DNA of 63,989 nucleotides, filler included, from Lenisia limosa (lineage: Eukaryota > Protista > Breviatea), in assembly GCA_001655205.1 (NCBI GenBank). It is 13 parts of 13 records of this genome, joined end to end, with 100 filler letters (N's around TTAATTAATTAA, not from the genome) between each part and the next. Parts side by side here need not be neighbours in the genome. Positions count along the whole stretch, not along the records: positions 39,901 to 56,313 come from LPNZ01008165.1; positions 56,414 to 57,539 come from LPNZ01000899.1; positions 57,640 to 60,604 come from LPNZ01007187.1; positions 60,705 to 62,872 come from LPNZ01000079.1; 9 more parts are not named here. One strand, written 5' to 3'. The notes under the pieces are model-generated. The model was given only the letters and a program-made list of their open reading frames with translations. It did not search any database and was not told where the DNA came from. Each line of letters starts with the position of its first letter. The stretch's first letter is position 1. A program made the translations under genes and the position numbers. This document shows, one piece after another, positions 48,401 through 60,818 of this stretch.

Positions 48401-51400
48401 TGAGAATGGTGGGCTCCTGGCTTCTGTATTTCGTGGGCCCCATCGGTCTTTGCAACTCTGATGACTTCTGTAGATTATTCTGAAGAACTCCTTGTGGTGG
48501 TTTGTCGACATTCCTGCAGGCCTTGTGCTGGGTATTATGTTTATCACTTACTGGCGCTCTAAGGTGGGGATTCNNNNNNNNNNNNNNNNNNNNNNNNNNN
48601 NNNNNNNNNNNNNNNNNNNNNNNNNNNNNNNNNNNNNNNNNNNNNNNNNNNNNNNNNNNNNNNNNNNNNNNNNNNNNNNNNNNNNNNNNNNNNNNNNNNN
48701 NNNNNNNNNNNNNNNNNNNNNNNNNNNNNNNNNNNNACGACACGTTCCCTGACTACACCCTCAACAAACACGTTGTCGCCTTCAGTGGGCCTCTGCTTCC
48801 CTTAACTGGGCTACTCTCTTTATCGACTTTCTCAACCCCCACTCCCACTTTAGCCACTATTTAGCAAATCCCCCCCTTTCTTCCACTTGATGTTCTCTCC
48901 CCTCGGTGGACTGCTTGTCTCACCCCCCACAGCCGAATTTGGCCAATGGTGCCTTGACCTGCCGTTTGCTGTCATGTTTGCCTTCGTGTCCATTTGCTTC
49001 TGGAGAGGCTTCATCATTAAGAAGGTCTACGCGAGAATCCAAGAGTACTGCGGCGCTTTGACTGGCTTGGCCGTTGTCTTTGGTTTCTTCTCGCTTTGAC
49101 TGGCTTGGTCTTTGTCTTTGATTTCTTCTCACCTCATTTAGCCCCAACATTGAGCAAAGTTGGCGGACAATTGTCGGGCTTCAGACTGTCAGCATCATTG
49201 CTGACCTCCCCTGTCTCGGTAGGCCATCGCCCTTGGCCTTTTATGCTTGCTACCACCGTACTAAGTCATGTTATCTGAGTGTTTTATCAACTCGCCTACA
49301 GTTGTTCATCTCACCTGTAGTATTTCTGATCATTCTGTAGTATTTCTGATCATTCTGACGGTGTCGTGGCGCACTGCTCTTGTGTGGAAGGGGCTCTTCA
49401 ACAAAGAGATTCTCAATAAACACAAGTGCGAGGGGGGTTGAAAATATGGCAACTTTCGTTTTTTGATATTCACTGGTTCAAGAGGATATTTCTTGATCAC
49501 ATTCAGTGCACCCCATCCCACTAACGCTTCGCCAGTCTTATCTTTATGTACATCTATAACCTGGTCTCTAACGCTTCGCCAGTCTTATCTTCATGCACAT
49601 CTACAACCTTGTGCTTGATACTCCGTTTATTCTTCTTGCACCTTTTGCACTCTGGAGATTCCCTACAATGATCAAACAGCTGTTCTTCGCAGAGAGTTGG
49701 TGGGGAAGAGGGAACGGTGGTATTTAGCATTCATTAGCAAAGAAGCTGGTAATTATTTTGGCTCTACTCAGAGCGAACTTCTCTTCCAGACCCTGCTTAT
49801 TGGATGCTCAGTGCCACATGACTGATTTAGTGCGTGCCGCGTGGCCTCGGCGCAAACTAATTGCGCGGACTGCTCTCAATGCCCTCATCGACATCCCCGC
49901 CATCCTGGGGGTATGCTGGAAGGAAATTAGACAAGATCTTTTGATCTCTATTGTCATGCATCAGACAGAATCTTAAGATCTCTATTGACATGCATGGTAC
50001 CTTAAGGTCTTTTGTGCAGCACGCTGAGTAGATAAATAAATCAATTTGCTGTATGATTTGTAATAACTTGGACTTACCCCCCCCCCCACGTATTGGAGCC
50101 CTAGGGAACCCCAAGCTATGAAGTCGCTCCATTCCCACCGCTAACACCATCCCCAGGCCACCCTCATCATCGTGACCCTTTGGAGAGCCCGGCATTTGAA
50201 GGGCATCGCCAGGGCTCCCGAGGGATTCCATAGAGTTGTTTTTTCCCTCATCGTCAACTGGTTCATTGTGGGTGCTTGCTGATCGTTTATTTCTTATTAA
50301 AGATATGATAGTATATATTAGCTCTGTAGGAATGAATATTTTGAACATCTTACCCAAGAAAAAAGTTACTGATGAACTTGATCTCTCTTTTTTTAACCTC
50401 TTTTTAATGCGGATATTATTATTATGCAGAGAAGGTGTACCTGGCCGAATCCTTACGCATCATAATGTTAATAGGAGATATTGGATTATAGTATTCACAG
50501 ACACACACATACCATGCTCTTTGCGCAACTTCTTCTTGGTTTCAATAGTTACACATTTACTAGGAGTTGCCAATTGCCTTGGTGTCACCCCTCCTTCTTT
50601 TGACGTTCTACCGTCTGCCCTTCCTCTTCCGCTACTGCCTGCACCCTGCATCTCAGACTGGACAGGTGAAAATGGGGCGATATTCAAACGGTTCTTGTGG
50701 GGGGACTTGTCGAGTATGGCTGGGATTAGGGATACTCTCTGATTATTCGCGTCTTATGTTTCGAGCTGTGTGTCCTCTCACTCGCCTTTAGTGTCGCATG
50801 AGACTACTCAAGGCTCTTGCTATGATCCCTTTGGAACTGTCAGCTGTCATATGCGGTAAGGAGGGTTCTTCAAATCTACAGGTGTTCCTCAGACAGAACA
50901 CCCCCACTCTAACTATGAATGTCTCATATTTTTTTGTATTACATGTTGGGAACTGGTATAAGAGGCCTCATCTTTCAGGCATCATGGGCATTCTCACATT
51001 CTCGCGTGCCCATCGTGTCATTAGGGGAATGAAAACCAACATCTACCCTGGTGATCAGGTACAAGGACAGGATGTTATGTTGCTCTAGTACAGGATGGGA
51101 TGTTACGTTGCTCTGTTACAGGATGGGGATTGAGCTATAGATAATGGACGAACCTGTATTTTACGATTTCAGTATCCTTGGGGGGGTGGGTAATTTTTCT
51201 CATTTGACATTTTCTGAGCAGCCTTGATCCTAGTACCCTCAATGTTTCCAAGGACTAATCCCCCCCACACTCAGATCAAATCTGCAATAAAACACGGTCT
51301 AATTGGAACCATATTAGTCCCGGCTGTTCTGCTCCTTCTGGTCCTTATGATCTGTACTTTCTGGAGGTGCGTGATGCCATTAAGGGTTCCTCTTTGAAAA

Positions 51401-54400
51401 GGGCTCGATAGTCAGTTTTTGAGTCTAATTTGCTGTAATACACTCAAAAAAAATATGTTCTCATCATCTAGAATTCCGTTTGTGATCTACGCCATACGCA
51501 CACGCAAAAGGTCGCCTCTGGGTGTCATCCCCCAAGTGGGGGGGGGAATGGTTACCTTGATTTCTCGCACAGCATATGATATCTCTTGCTGAAGCGGTAT
51601 TGCATCGTTTGTTACACAATATTTTGGTAGAATTTTATCGTAGCGCCCACCCTCTACGTTTATAAAATAATATTACATCATTAGTAGTTGTATTGTATAC
51701 CCTCATTGAAATTTGTGCGGATATGCTGCAATATGACATCATTAGGTTCTTTTCCTGGCCTTCTGTGACATTGTGGTCCTTGTTCTCTCCCTCTTTGGTC
51801 TGCCTTTGGTCGCCTTCACCGCTCGCACTGTTCACTACGTTCTAAAGTCTAGAGGAACTGTGCTCAAAAAAATCAGGTTTGTTCCAGTGAAGCATGAAAT
51901 CAGGGGATATAAAATTATACATTTCTATGCATTTTTGTTCTTTTTTCTCTAGGATTGTTGGTTCTGTTTTTTATTTTTATTTTTATGATGATTATTATTA
52001 TTATTTAGAGTTTTCATATGACATATTTGGTCAGTAATTAGTACCTTTATGCCAATAGTTTCCATGGTTTCATNNNNNNNNNNNNNNNNNNNNNNNNNNN
52101 NNNNNNNNNNNNNNNNNNNNNNNNNNNNNNNNNNNNNNNNNNNNNNNNNNNNNNNNNNNNNNNNNNNNNNAGCACGGGCGTTGAGAATGAAGGAGCTCGA
52201 GCGTATTGATGAGGCCTTAAATGACCCCGGTATATGAGGGGTTGGGCAAAGAATGTGAGAATTGTTTTTGACCGAAATACATATATCAATGGGTATTTAC
52301 GGTCTCCATTATGATCAGTGCTACTTCGTTTCGGTTCGACCATCTGTATTCTGAGATTGAACCGAATCGACCACCATATATCTGAAAACTCTCTCAATTG
52401 ATGATGCAGAAATGCGTCGGGGATGGAGCCGCAAGAAGGACATCAAAGTCAACACACAGAAGATTCTCTTAGAACAGGAAATCATCGCTATTACGTGGGG
52501 GGTACTTTCTCAAGAGGGACTGTTATTTTGGGTATTTATTCCACCCTGGTATTTTTGTTTATGTTGTTTTTCGAACTCATGCTTCTGCCTCAAATGTTTA
52601 GCCATAAGATGACTCTTGAATTGTTGAGTAACCCCCCTCCCCCAGGGAGCGCCTAGTATCGGGGGATCTTGCCAATGCACCCTATTCCGCCAACCTGCAG
52701 CCTAAGCTCTGGCTCCCTCAGAAGCAAAGGTGCCATCTTGAGCCTCATGAGAACCTGGGTGATGTGTCTAAAAACCTAGATGTAAGAGGGTGAAAGCGTC
52801 TGCTCTTTTGACTCGACTGTTCGAAATAGCTGCAGTGGGATTATCATAAGAAATAGAGTGGTCAAATTGTAAAGAGTCCATTGTGTCTTATGATTAGGGT
52901 TGTTCTAAAGCTGGGACCAAGCTATGCGTGGATTACCCGAGATGGCTTTAACATACTTCAGAAAAGGAGGCGATTCTACCGCTATCGCAGCAAGGCTGAA
53001 ACTATGTTCAACGTGGGGGATNNNNNNNNNNNNNNNNNNNNNNNNNNNNNNNNNNNNNNNNNNNNNNNNNNNNNNNNNNNNNNNNNNNNNNNNNNNNNNN
53101 NTATGATATGCTATGCATTATGTGAGCATCGTGTCTTCTGGTTGAAGTTTGTTTGGAGATGAACCCTGGTGGTGTCAGTTCTGCATATTGATGATTCAGA
53201 TTCTTTCCGCAATTGAGGGCGGAAGGGAGTACCCGACATCAATCACTTCATTGTCCCATGTGACGGTCAAGCCCGCTTTTATTTTCATGCTGCTCGTTCT
53301 GAGCTTTGTTGTTGGCGTATGCTTGGATAGGCGGCTGTGAAGTGCGATATTTTCATGTCCCCTGTGTTTTTTCGTTTTTGAAACAGTAACTGAAACAGAG
53401 GGTGGGAGAGGTGGATTTCTCGATTCAAGCATCTCTTTCAAGCAATATGACTTGGTGCCTTTCTTATGGTGTAGATGCCTTTCTTCATTTTGAGTATCTT
53501 TTATTTCATTGTACCCATCAGGTATGCTTGAGAGATACACGAGTTGTGCTCAACCTGGGTTTTGTGACAGTTTCAGGTTCAATAAGAAGTTCCTGGCGTA
53601 CCACATAGACTACGACGACTTCCCAAGTCGGAAATGGGCCAAATTGACGACCGTCTTTGCCATGGCTCTCCCCTTTTTGTTCAGTATGCTGCTGTTCTAT
53701 TGTCACCATACACGATGACCCGAGACTTTTAACCTCATCAAAACCATATTCTTGCCAATCCATGGCAACTCTGACCGCCCCCCTAAACAGGTGTTTTCAG
53801 TATATGCCAGCTGAAACTGAAGCTATGGCCAGTGTCATGGATCGCTGGGGCCTTGTCTGTATGCTGCGATGGAGCTGTTTATATCTATTAGTAGATATAA
53901 GCATGGTTGGACGGCTTTAGCCAGACGCCTACTTGTTTTATTGTTATTCTACATTTACTATATCATGTTATTTTTGAAATGCTGCAAATGACACTTAACT
54001 GGTGTGTTCGGGATAAAAAATCAAATTACGGGAGAATTTGTATTTGCAGTCCAGCGTTGATGCTGTTGTCCTCATACCCCAGGTTGTCATGTGGATCCTC
54101 AACGATCTTGCTGCTCTCATGATATGTGCCAGTTCGCGGGGCATGGGGGCTTCATTGATATCAACCAAAGGGAACCCCCAGCTTTTGATATTTCTTCTCT
54201 CTATACTCGAGTTTTGACTCCAATAAGGGGTGTCGAGCCTCCCCTGGAAAATCGGTTCAGACTTTTCACGTCATTGTTCTATTGTCTAACTGGTGATAAT
54301 ATTATCGATTCTAAAGTATACTAATGTGTTGTAGTGTACTTGGTGATCCAGACCTGTTCACTCGGGATGGCTGGCAACATTCTGGTTGACGCCCAGGGTG

Positions 54401-56313
54401 ATAGAAGTATGATGGAATAATCTTATCACAACGTTGCGCTTTTTTTCATGTTTTTCCTTGCTTGTTTCTAATAGCCATAATATTCATCCTATACGTCACC
54501 CCCACAGTATCCACATCCCAAGGTGTACCGTCATCGTATGTGACAGTTTTCATGCTCCAAACGTTAACGCTGCCCTTAGTCATCATTTCAGCTGTAGGGG
54601 GGACTGGATTTTAGATTTAGTTAGACATTTGTTGAAAATCATTGTTCAGGTGTTCTTGTTTTTCGCCCCTTGGTCGATTCCCTGGACCATTTGCTACTTC
54701 TTTGATAGGGTGGGAGCGGGGCTATGAGTGGGAAATAGTGTTGAGTTGTCAGCGTTCTAGCTCATGGGGAGTATAAGCCAAAAAACAACTCATGCCTCAC
54801 CCCTTGCTGTGTAGTGTCTTGATGCGGAAACCTGGATGACTATTTTGCTCTGCGTCCTTTGGGTGCCCATTTGGATCGCTGCGGCCGTTCGGTTGATCCA
54901 AGGTACTCCAGGATATGGATATGCATGAAGGGTTGAAGATTAGGCAGCAATTTGACATTCACTCTTGAAATTATGAATACCATGCAACTTCCTCACCCCC
55001 CCCCCCCNNNNNNNNNNNNNNNNNNNNNNNNNNNNNNNNNNNNNNNNNNNNNNNNNNNNNNNNNNNNNNNNNNNNNNNNNNNNNNNNNNNNNNNNNNNNN
55101 NNNNNNNNNNNNNNNNNNNNCCCCTCCCCCCAGGCTTCCCCACTTGGCTGCCGCTCTATGCCCCGTTCGCGACATTCGCCATTGCCGGCCGCGGCGTCTT
55201 CATGAATTTCGAGGACCAGGTCATGTGGCGTTGGTATAAGAGGTGAGGAATGGTGCCGGTTTTTGCGTTTTTCATCCGCAGGTTTTTCATCATGTAGACT
55301 GCTTGCACGACCCACCCACTGGGCTAATAACATGGTTTGATGGTAGTTTCACGGATACAAGCAACCAGACATAAAAGTAAGACGTCACCTCCCGCAGAAA
55401 TCGTGTTCCTTCTTCGGAGAAATCATTGTTCTGTTCGCTCTTCTCCTCTGGTCATTCTGGCCGGCCCTGGTAACCTACCTCTTCATGTCAACGGAGTACT
55501 TCATCTTCGGCCTTTTCATCTCTGTACTTCTCTTCATCATGGTTAGGGGGGTGGCAATTGTCTGAAATACAAGTTGTCCTGTATGCGTTTGAAGTGACCT
55601 GGTAAACAGGAGTGTTTTTTGTGTGTGGAGAAATATGTAGTATTCTGTACATTACGTAGTATTTTTGTGCGTTACGTAGTATTATGTGCATTATGTGGTA
55701 TGACGTGCGTTATGTAGTATTTATATGCATTATGGTCTAATCCACAAGGCCGTTCGCATTGTCAAGAAGAACGCATACACAGGACCATGGGATGGAGACC
55801 ATACCCTCAAGTGGTCACAGAGAGTGGGGAAGAAACAGGCTTGTAAGGCAAATGAATGTGTGAATCAATATTATACAATAATTGAATACCCCTGAGAACT
55901 GCGGTGGTTAAACGGCCTCGATACTTCTGGCCTTGACTTTGTTTTGTTATTTTTAACAATTAATCGCGGGCGTATATATTTTTCATATCCTCAGAATCCG
56001 CCCCGCGGCAAGAGGCCTTGCGGTAAAGACATTCCCCCGCCATACGTGCCGCCCTTCCCCGGCCGCTCCATGCATGTGGCCCGCCAGGAGGGCCGGACAG
56101 TTGCCAGCGACTTGCCTTATGGGGATGAGCCGCTTCCGACATTTGACGAGGCCACTCGCCCCACAGCGAGGGACCAAGTTGAGCTGCAGCCCGACTGGGT
56201 CCATGAAGGGTATGGGGCTATGAGGATGGCAGGGGTTTGGAGTGATCATTCCACATGTAGCAGGGTTTGCCTTTCACCCCTCAGTGACATGGAACCTCCC
56301 TCTTACCAAGCAC
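42427..56313 (+). CDS. Very large multi-exon polytopic membrane protein with tandem D-hydrophobic-(P/F/Y/L)WR repeats; may be two adjacent genes; 3' end truncated
   Basis: ATG at 42427, then dozens of hydrophobic plus-strand exons with GT-AG borders (e.g. FGILILDILSTPISIICLLGPWRWK; DCFILPFTLLFLVTPWRLF; DLPFAVMFAFVSICFWRG). No stop identified between them, but the full frame was not verified across N gaps. Confidence 0.6.
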
Positions 56314-56553
56314 NNNNNNNNNNNNNNNNNNNNNNNNNNNNNNNNNNNNNNNNNNNNTTAATTAATTAANNNNNNNNNNNNNNNNNNNNNNNNNNNNNNN
56401 NNNNNNNNNNNNNTCACGCTTATAAGAGATATTGAATTATAGTATAACATTAATTCACCCAATCATTTGCCTTACAATTCTGTGCACACAGCTTTCTGCT
56501 TGCCTCCCCAGCATAAAAATATATAAATGCCACAAAGACAGCAGCCCACCAAC

Positions 56554-57270
56554 CTCATCCCAGCAAAAGTCCAAAATCGGATCGGAGGGGGAGGTCTAGA
56601 GAGTGAACACGATTCTGGATATATTCGTCTTACCCAAACCCTTGCTAGAGATTACATTCTTTTACCCCCCACTATAAAGAACATTCATATTAAGGGCTTC
56701 ACCCCTGATCCAGAAAAAAAAACAAAAAAAAAAGAACCCACATCCGCATTGTAATATAATATCAGATGTAAATACCTATACCCCCAACCTGAGGTGTGAT
56801 AGCAACAGGGTTGCACCCGGTTTCGGATACTTGGTAGATTCGCAACTGAAAACAAATCAGATTTTGTTTTTAAAAAAAAACATCCCACAATCAATGAAGG
56901 ACATTCATTTGTCCATATAAACCAAAACAAGTAATATTGCTAATTTCTTGAATGTTCTTGATTGCAAAAAAATCGAACCGGATTATAGTCCAAAACGTTT
57001 GTTATTTTCAAGATTTTCAAGTTTTAATAGCGAAAACAATATCGTCAAAATAGCATACAGCGGCATAATCAGGGCTTCACTTCGGTTCGAAAAATGAGTG
57101 AATTTCTCGATAAATCCTCGAAAACTATCGATATTTTCCCGAACCGAAGTGAAGCCTTAGGCATTACCAACACGTACCTGTCCGTCCCAAGATGCCACGC
57201 CAAGAATACATGCCCCGGTCTGGGGTGAGAATTTGACCGAGGACACCGAGTCTCCCGGGCCGGGCGTCAC
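56554..57270 (-). CDS. WD40 protein of the Rae1/Gle2/Bub3 type, N-terminal exons
   Basis: VTPGPGDSVSSVKFSPQTGACILGVASWDGQ|LRIYQV... and DPILDFCWDE resemble Bub3/Rae1 blade 1-2 motifs. Confidence 0.65.
57071..57159. mobile_element. MITE-A copy
   Basis: AGGGCTTCACTTCGGTTCGAAAAA...CGAACCGAAGTGAAGCCTTA. Confidence 0.88.
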
Positions 57271-57344
57271 CTGGAAAACGTTGGTTTCATCTTAAGGTGG
57301 AAAATATGGGAAATCAAGGAAATGTTTTCCCATGCCTTTGGTTA

Positions 57345-57452
57345 TTATCGATCATCTCTATTCAATGCTGCCACCATATCTATTCAATGCGGCCACCATC
57401 TCTATTCAATGCTGCCACCATCTTTATTTGCTGCTACCATCTCTATTCAATG
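57345..57452. repeat. 21-bp minisatellite (CATCTCTATTCAATGCTGCCAC-like), about 5 units
   Basis: Direct tandem units visible by eye. Confidence 0.85.
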
Positions 57453-57740
57453 TCACGCCCTTCATCCGCTCTTCACATTCATATAAGGGATGGCAAAACT
57501 TCCACTTTCACTCACTATAAAATGAAGGTATCCCCATGTNNNNNNNNNNNNNNNNNNNNNNNNNNNNNNNNNNNNNNNNNNNNTTAATTAATTAANNNNN
57601 NNNNNNNNNNNNNNNNNNNNNNNNNNNNNNNNNNNNNNNGAGTATTAGCAAGAGGAAAGAGTCGTGGGGGAGGGGTGAAGGAAAATTAAAAAAAATCAAA
57701 AGGTGACAGAAATCAACTCTGTCAGCTTCACATTTTCATG

Positions 57741-57839
57741 AGGGCTTCACTTCGGTTCGGAAAAAACCGGTTCAATATCGATAGTTTTCAAGGATTTAAA
57801 GAGAAATTCAGTCGTTTTCCAAACCGCAGTGAAGCCCTA
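57741..57839. mobile_element. MITE-A copy
   Basis: AGGGCTTCACTTCGGTTCGG...AAACCGCAGTGAAGCCCTA. Confidence 0.85.
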
Positions 57840-57854
57840 ATTTTTACACTTCAT

Positions 57855-59395
57855 CTTCCCACATACCGCCCTTGCAATAAGGCAGCGTAGACCACCCAGA
57901 AGCAGCCGAACACGTGAGAGTCGTACTGGAGGGCACAAGGTCACCCTATATCGTCATTAATTCAATATCTCTTATCAGCGTGATGGTGAGGACGGCTTCA
58001 GCCGGTTACAACCTTTGTTTGATTTCTCATTTGTTATACAGTGACCGGGAAAGTCTTGACTGCTTTTCCTTGGGAAATCATAGAACAAAATCGGTCAAGA
58101 CTTATCCCAGTCTCTGTATATCGTCAGTATATTGATATAATAGATATCATATCATGGTATAATGACCGAAAAGCCCGTTAAAATATCAATATTTATCGAG
58201 AATATATCGAGAAATTTCGTCTTTTTGTAAACTTGGAGAAGTCCTTGTGATATGGTATTCTCAACAATAGAGAAACGATGTGTTCTCTAAACCCTCGCAA
58301 AATATTGATGTTTTACCAGTCTTCTGGATCAAAGTGATGTCCTACTTCCCACTCACTTTACAGCCGAAGGTACACGAAACTGAACCGTCTACAAGAGGGC
58401 GGTCGCATATTAATACCTGGGAGAAGAAGCCGAAAATCAAGTTGGCTGCTTTTTGCTCACAAATTTCACACATACCCCTGAAATTTCATTCACAAACCTC
58501 ATATTCTTGAGGGATGAAAGGGAGGGATGCACAGGCAAGAACTGAAGGGTAATGATGGGATATATATATATCATATCTATGATATCTATGCATGTATGAT
58601 ATACAGTGACCAGGATAAGTCTTGACCGCTTTTCCTTATCCTGGTCACTGTATATTATACTATATATTATAATATAATTATACCGTATATATATATCAAT
58701 CAGATAGGATTTACCGAAAAATTCAGTCTTTTTTGGGACCGTGGGAAAGCCCTCGTTGCACCCCCCNNNNNNNNNNNNNNNNNNNNNNNNNNNNNNNNNN
58801 NNNNNNNNNNNNNNNNNNNNNNNNNNNNNNNNNNNNNNNNNNNNNNNNNNNNNNNNNNCCCCCCACCATTAACCTCGTTGCACCCCCCACCATTAACCTC
58901 CGCAGTGAGAGCATCTACCGCAGCCTGAATAGGTTAATTAAGGACACAAAATGTATATATTATATGATCCAAACCATTGGTAAATAGTATATCATATATG
59001 TATATATTATATATACAGTGATCGGGACATTAAATTAATTATATATTATATGTATTATAGAGACGATACAGTGACTTGGATCTTTACCGATTTTCCTTGG
59101 TAAATCATTTGGCAAATCGGCCAAGACTTGTCGGTCACTGCTATATACATTCATAGTATATATTTTTTGGGGAGGGGGCTGGGTAATCGGGTACATAATA
59201 GTATATGCGTCTAGTATTTCCCTTGTTCAAATAAAGGACATGGATAAGATTACTCCCCCCCACTCTCTCAACAGGACTCGCAGCCGTCTCAGCAGGCACA
59301 ACTTCAAAACGGAGCTTGTTGTCAATCCCGACTGATAGAGGGGCGGCAAGAGTTAACGTAAAGACCAGCGCCAGTAGGAGAGACATCGGATTCAT
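57855..59395 (-). CDS. Hypothetical secreted or membrane protein (signal peptide), partial
   Basis: MNPMSLLLALVFTLTLAAPLSVG...; downstream minus-strand exons AAVDALTAE|, VLICDRPLVDGSVSCTFGCK|GTGAGT and YDSHVFGCFWVVYAALLQG. Confidence 0.5.
58039..58116. mobile_element. MITE-B copy
   Basis: TA-CAGTGACCGGGAAAGTCTTGAC...AAATCGGTCAAGACTTATCCCAGTCTCTG-TA. Confidence 0.85.
58604..58650. mobile_element. MITE-B internally deleted copy (47 bp)
   Basis: TA-CAGTGACCAGGATAAG...CTTATCCTGGTCACTG-TA. Confidence 0.85.
59069..59140. mobile_element. MITE-B copy
   Basis: TA-CAGTGACTTGGATCTTTACCGATTTTCC...AAATCGGCCAAGACTTGTCGGTCACTG. Confidence 0.75.
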
Positions 59396-59660
59396 TTCAA
59401 AAGAAAAATGTCCAAAAAAGTTGGAATTCTACTTATTGTTTAATGTTAGTTGTTGTCTGGTTGCTGACTACTGGTTGCAGGGTTTTGTTTGTTTTTTTTG
59501 GGGGGGGGGCACTGAAAGATCGCTGGGATCAGCCACTTGTATCTGCCTGTTTTGTTCTCGCTCTCTCCTCTCTTCTTCTTCACCATTTTGTATTATATAA
59601 ACTATTATTAAAGTAAGGAGATAATTGGGATAAACCCGCTTAATAGCTTAAGTAGCCAAA

Positions 59661-60492
59661 ATGATCCCGAAAAGCCTTGGACCGACCCTATGTCTGGTCT
59701 CTTGCCTTTCAAGTGTGCTCAGTACCTTCATCCTGCCTCTTGACGTCAACATCCATCTGTCACAGTCCGTATTGACGGCATTCATCATGGGATCCATCTT
59801 GATCTTTATGCTGAGAGAGTCTTTGGTGAGTGGAAAGGAATTTTGTTTCAGGAATTAAACTTGAACTTGAACTTAAAATGAATCAAGATCTAACGGAGAA
59901 AGAATAGCACTTAAAGTGGCTGAAATGGTCTCACTGTTGTAAATAAATTACTTTCATAAATAGGCACTGTCCGTCCACTTGTTAGTGGATGACAAATATC
60001 CCTCCCAGCTATTTTGGGCTTTTTTGTTTCACAAATTTTCCTCGAAGAAAACACCGAGTTTTTTTTTTTTCCTGGGAGTGTTTTTTTTTGTTTTTTTACA
60101 AGGAGTTTTCTGGCCGGAAAACACGAGTTTGCGACGTGAACGAGTGTTTTCCTCAACAGAAAACTCCGAGTAACAAAAGGTTTTCCAGAAAATTTACTGT
60201 ATTTTTTCAGGAAAACCTCTGGAAAAGTGGGAAAATCCCGACTCAAGTGTTTTCCAATCGAATTCCCCGCTCTTTTTTTTGCTCGTGGTTGTCTTCCTTT
60301 TGTTACTGGGAGTTTCCTGTTGTGAAAACTCCTTGTTAAAAAAAACTCGGGGTTTTCTTATAGGAAAAAGTTTTTTTTCAATTTTACCCCCCCCCCCCAG
60401 CTATTCCATACAATCGTGTGTTACCCCGTGNNNNNNNNNNNNNNNNNNNNNNNNNNNNNNNTTCTCGTTCGTGACATTTGGAGGCGAATTCC
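59661..60492 (+). CDS. Hypothetical membrane protein, N-terminal exons
   Basis: MIPKSLGPTLCLVSCLSSVLSTFILPLDVNIHLSQSVLTAFIMGSILIFMLRESL|GTGAGT; acceptor at 60400. Confidence 0.45.
60036..60368. mobile_element. MITE-D: ~330-bp element with long imperfect TIRs, nested in an IAE tail
   Basis: Left TTTTCCTCGAAGAAAACACCGAGTTTTT...ACAAGGAGTTTTC; right GAAAACTCCTTGTTAAAAAAAACTCGGGGTTTTCTTATAGGAAAA. Confidence 0.7.
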
Positions 60493-60818
60493 TGTAGGGG
60501 GAGAAATGAAGGAAATTTTTGATGAAGAAGGATTTATGGGCCTCCTCTCCCGTAATTTGGGCATGCTCCTTCCTCCACCCTCCCTACTATTGATCCCCCC
60601 CCCCNNNNNNNNNNNNNNNNNNNNNNNNNNNNNNNNNNNNNNNNNNNNTTAATTAATTAANNNNNNNNNNNNNNNNNNNNNNNNNNNNNNNNNNNNNNNN
60701 NNNNATGGTTTTTCAAAAAGTGGGCGCGGTTATGTTAGTGGGCGCGGTTTTGTTGGTCCACCTAACTGATAAGCATGATGGAATGGACGGTTTCTTCCAG
60801 ATATGACCTTTTAATATT

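Noticed and set aside
20001-57452. 21-31-bp repeats as CRISPR arrays
   Set aside because: Units are directly tandem with no unique spacers, no cas genes, and the context is eukaryotic.
57855-57925. FWVVYAALLQG as an ionotropic glutamate receptor M2 segment
   Set aside because: It lies only ~100 residues from the signal peptide with no ligand-binding domain before it; resemblance is probably chance.
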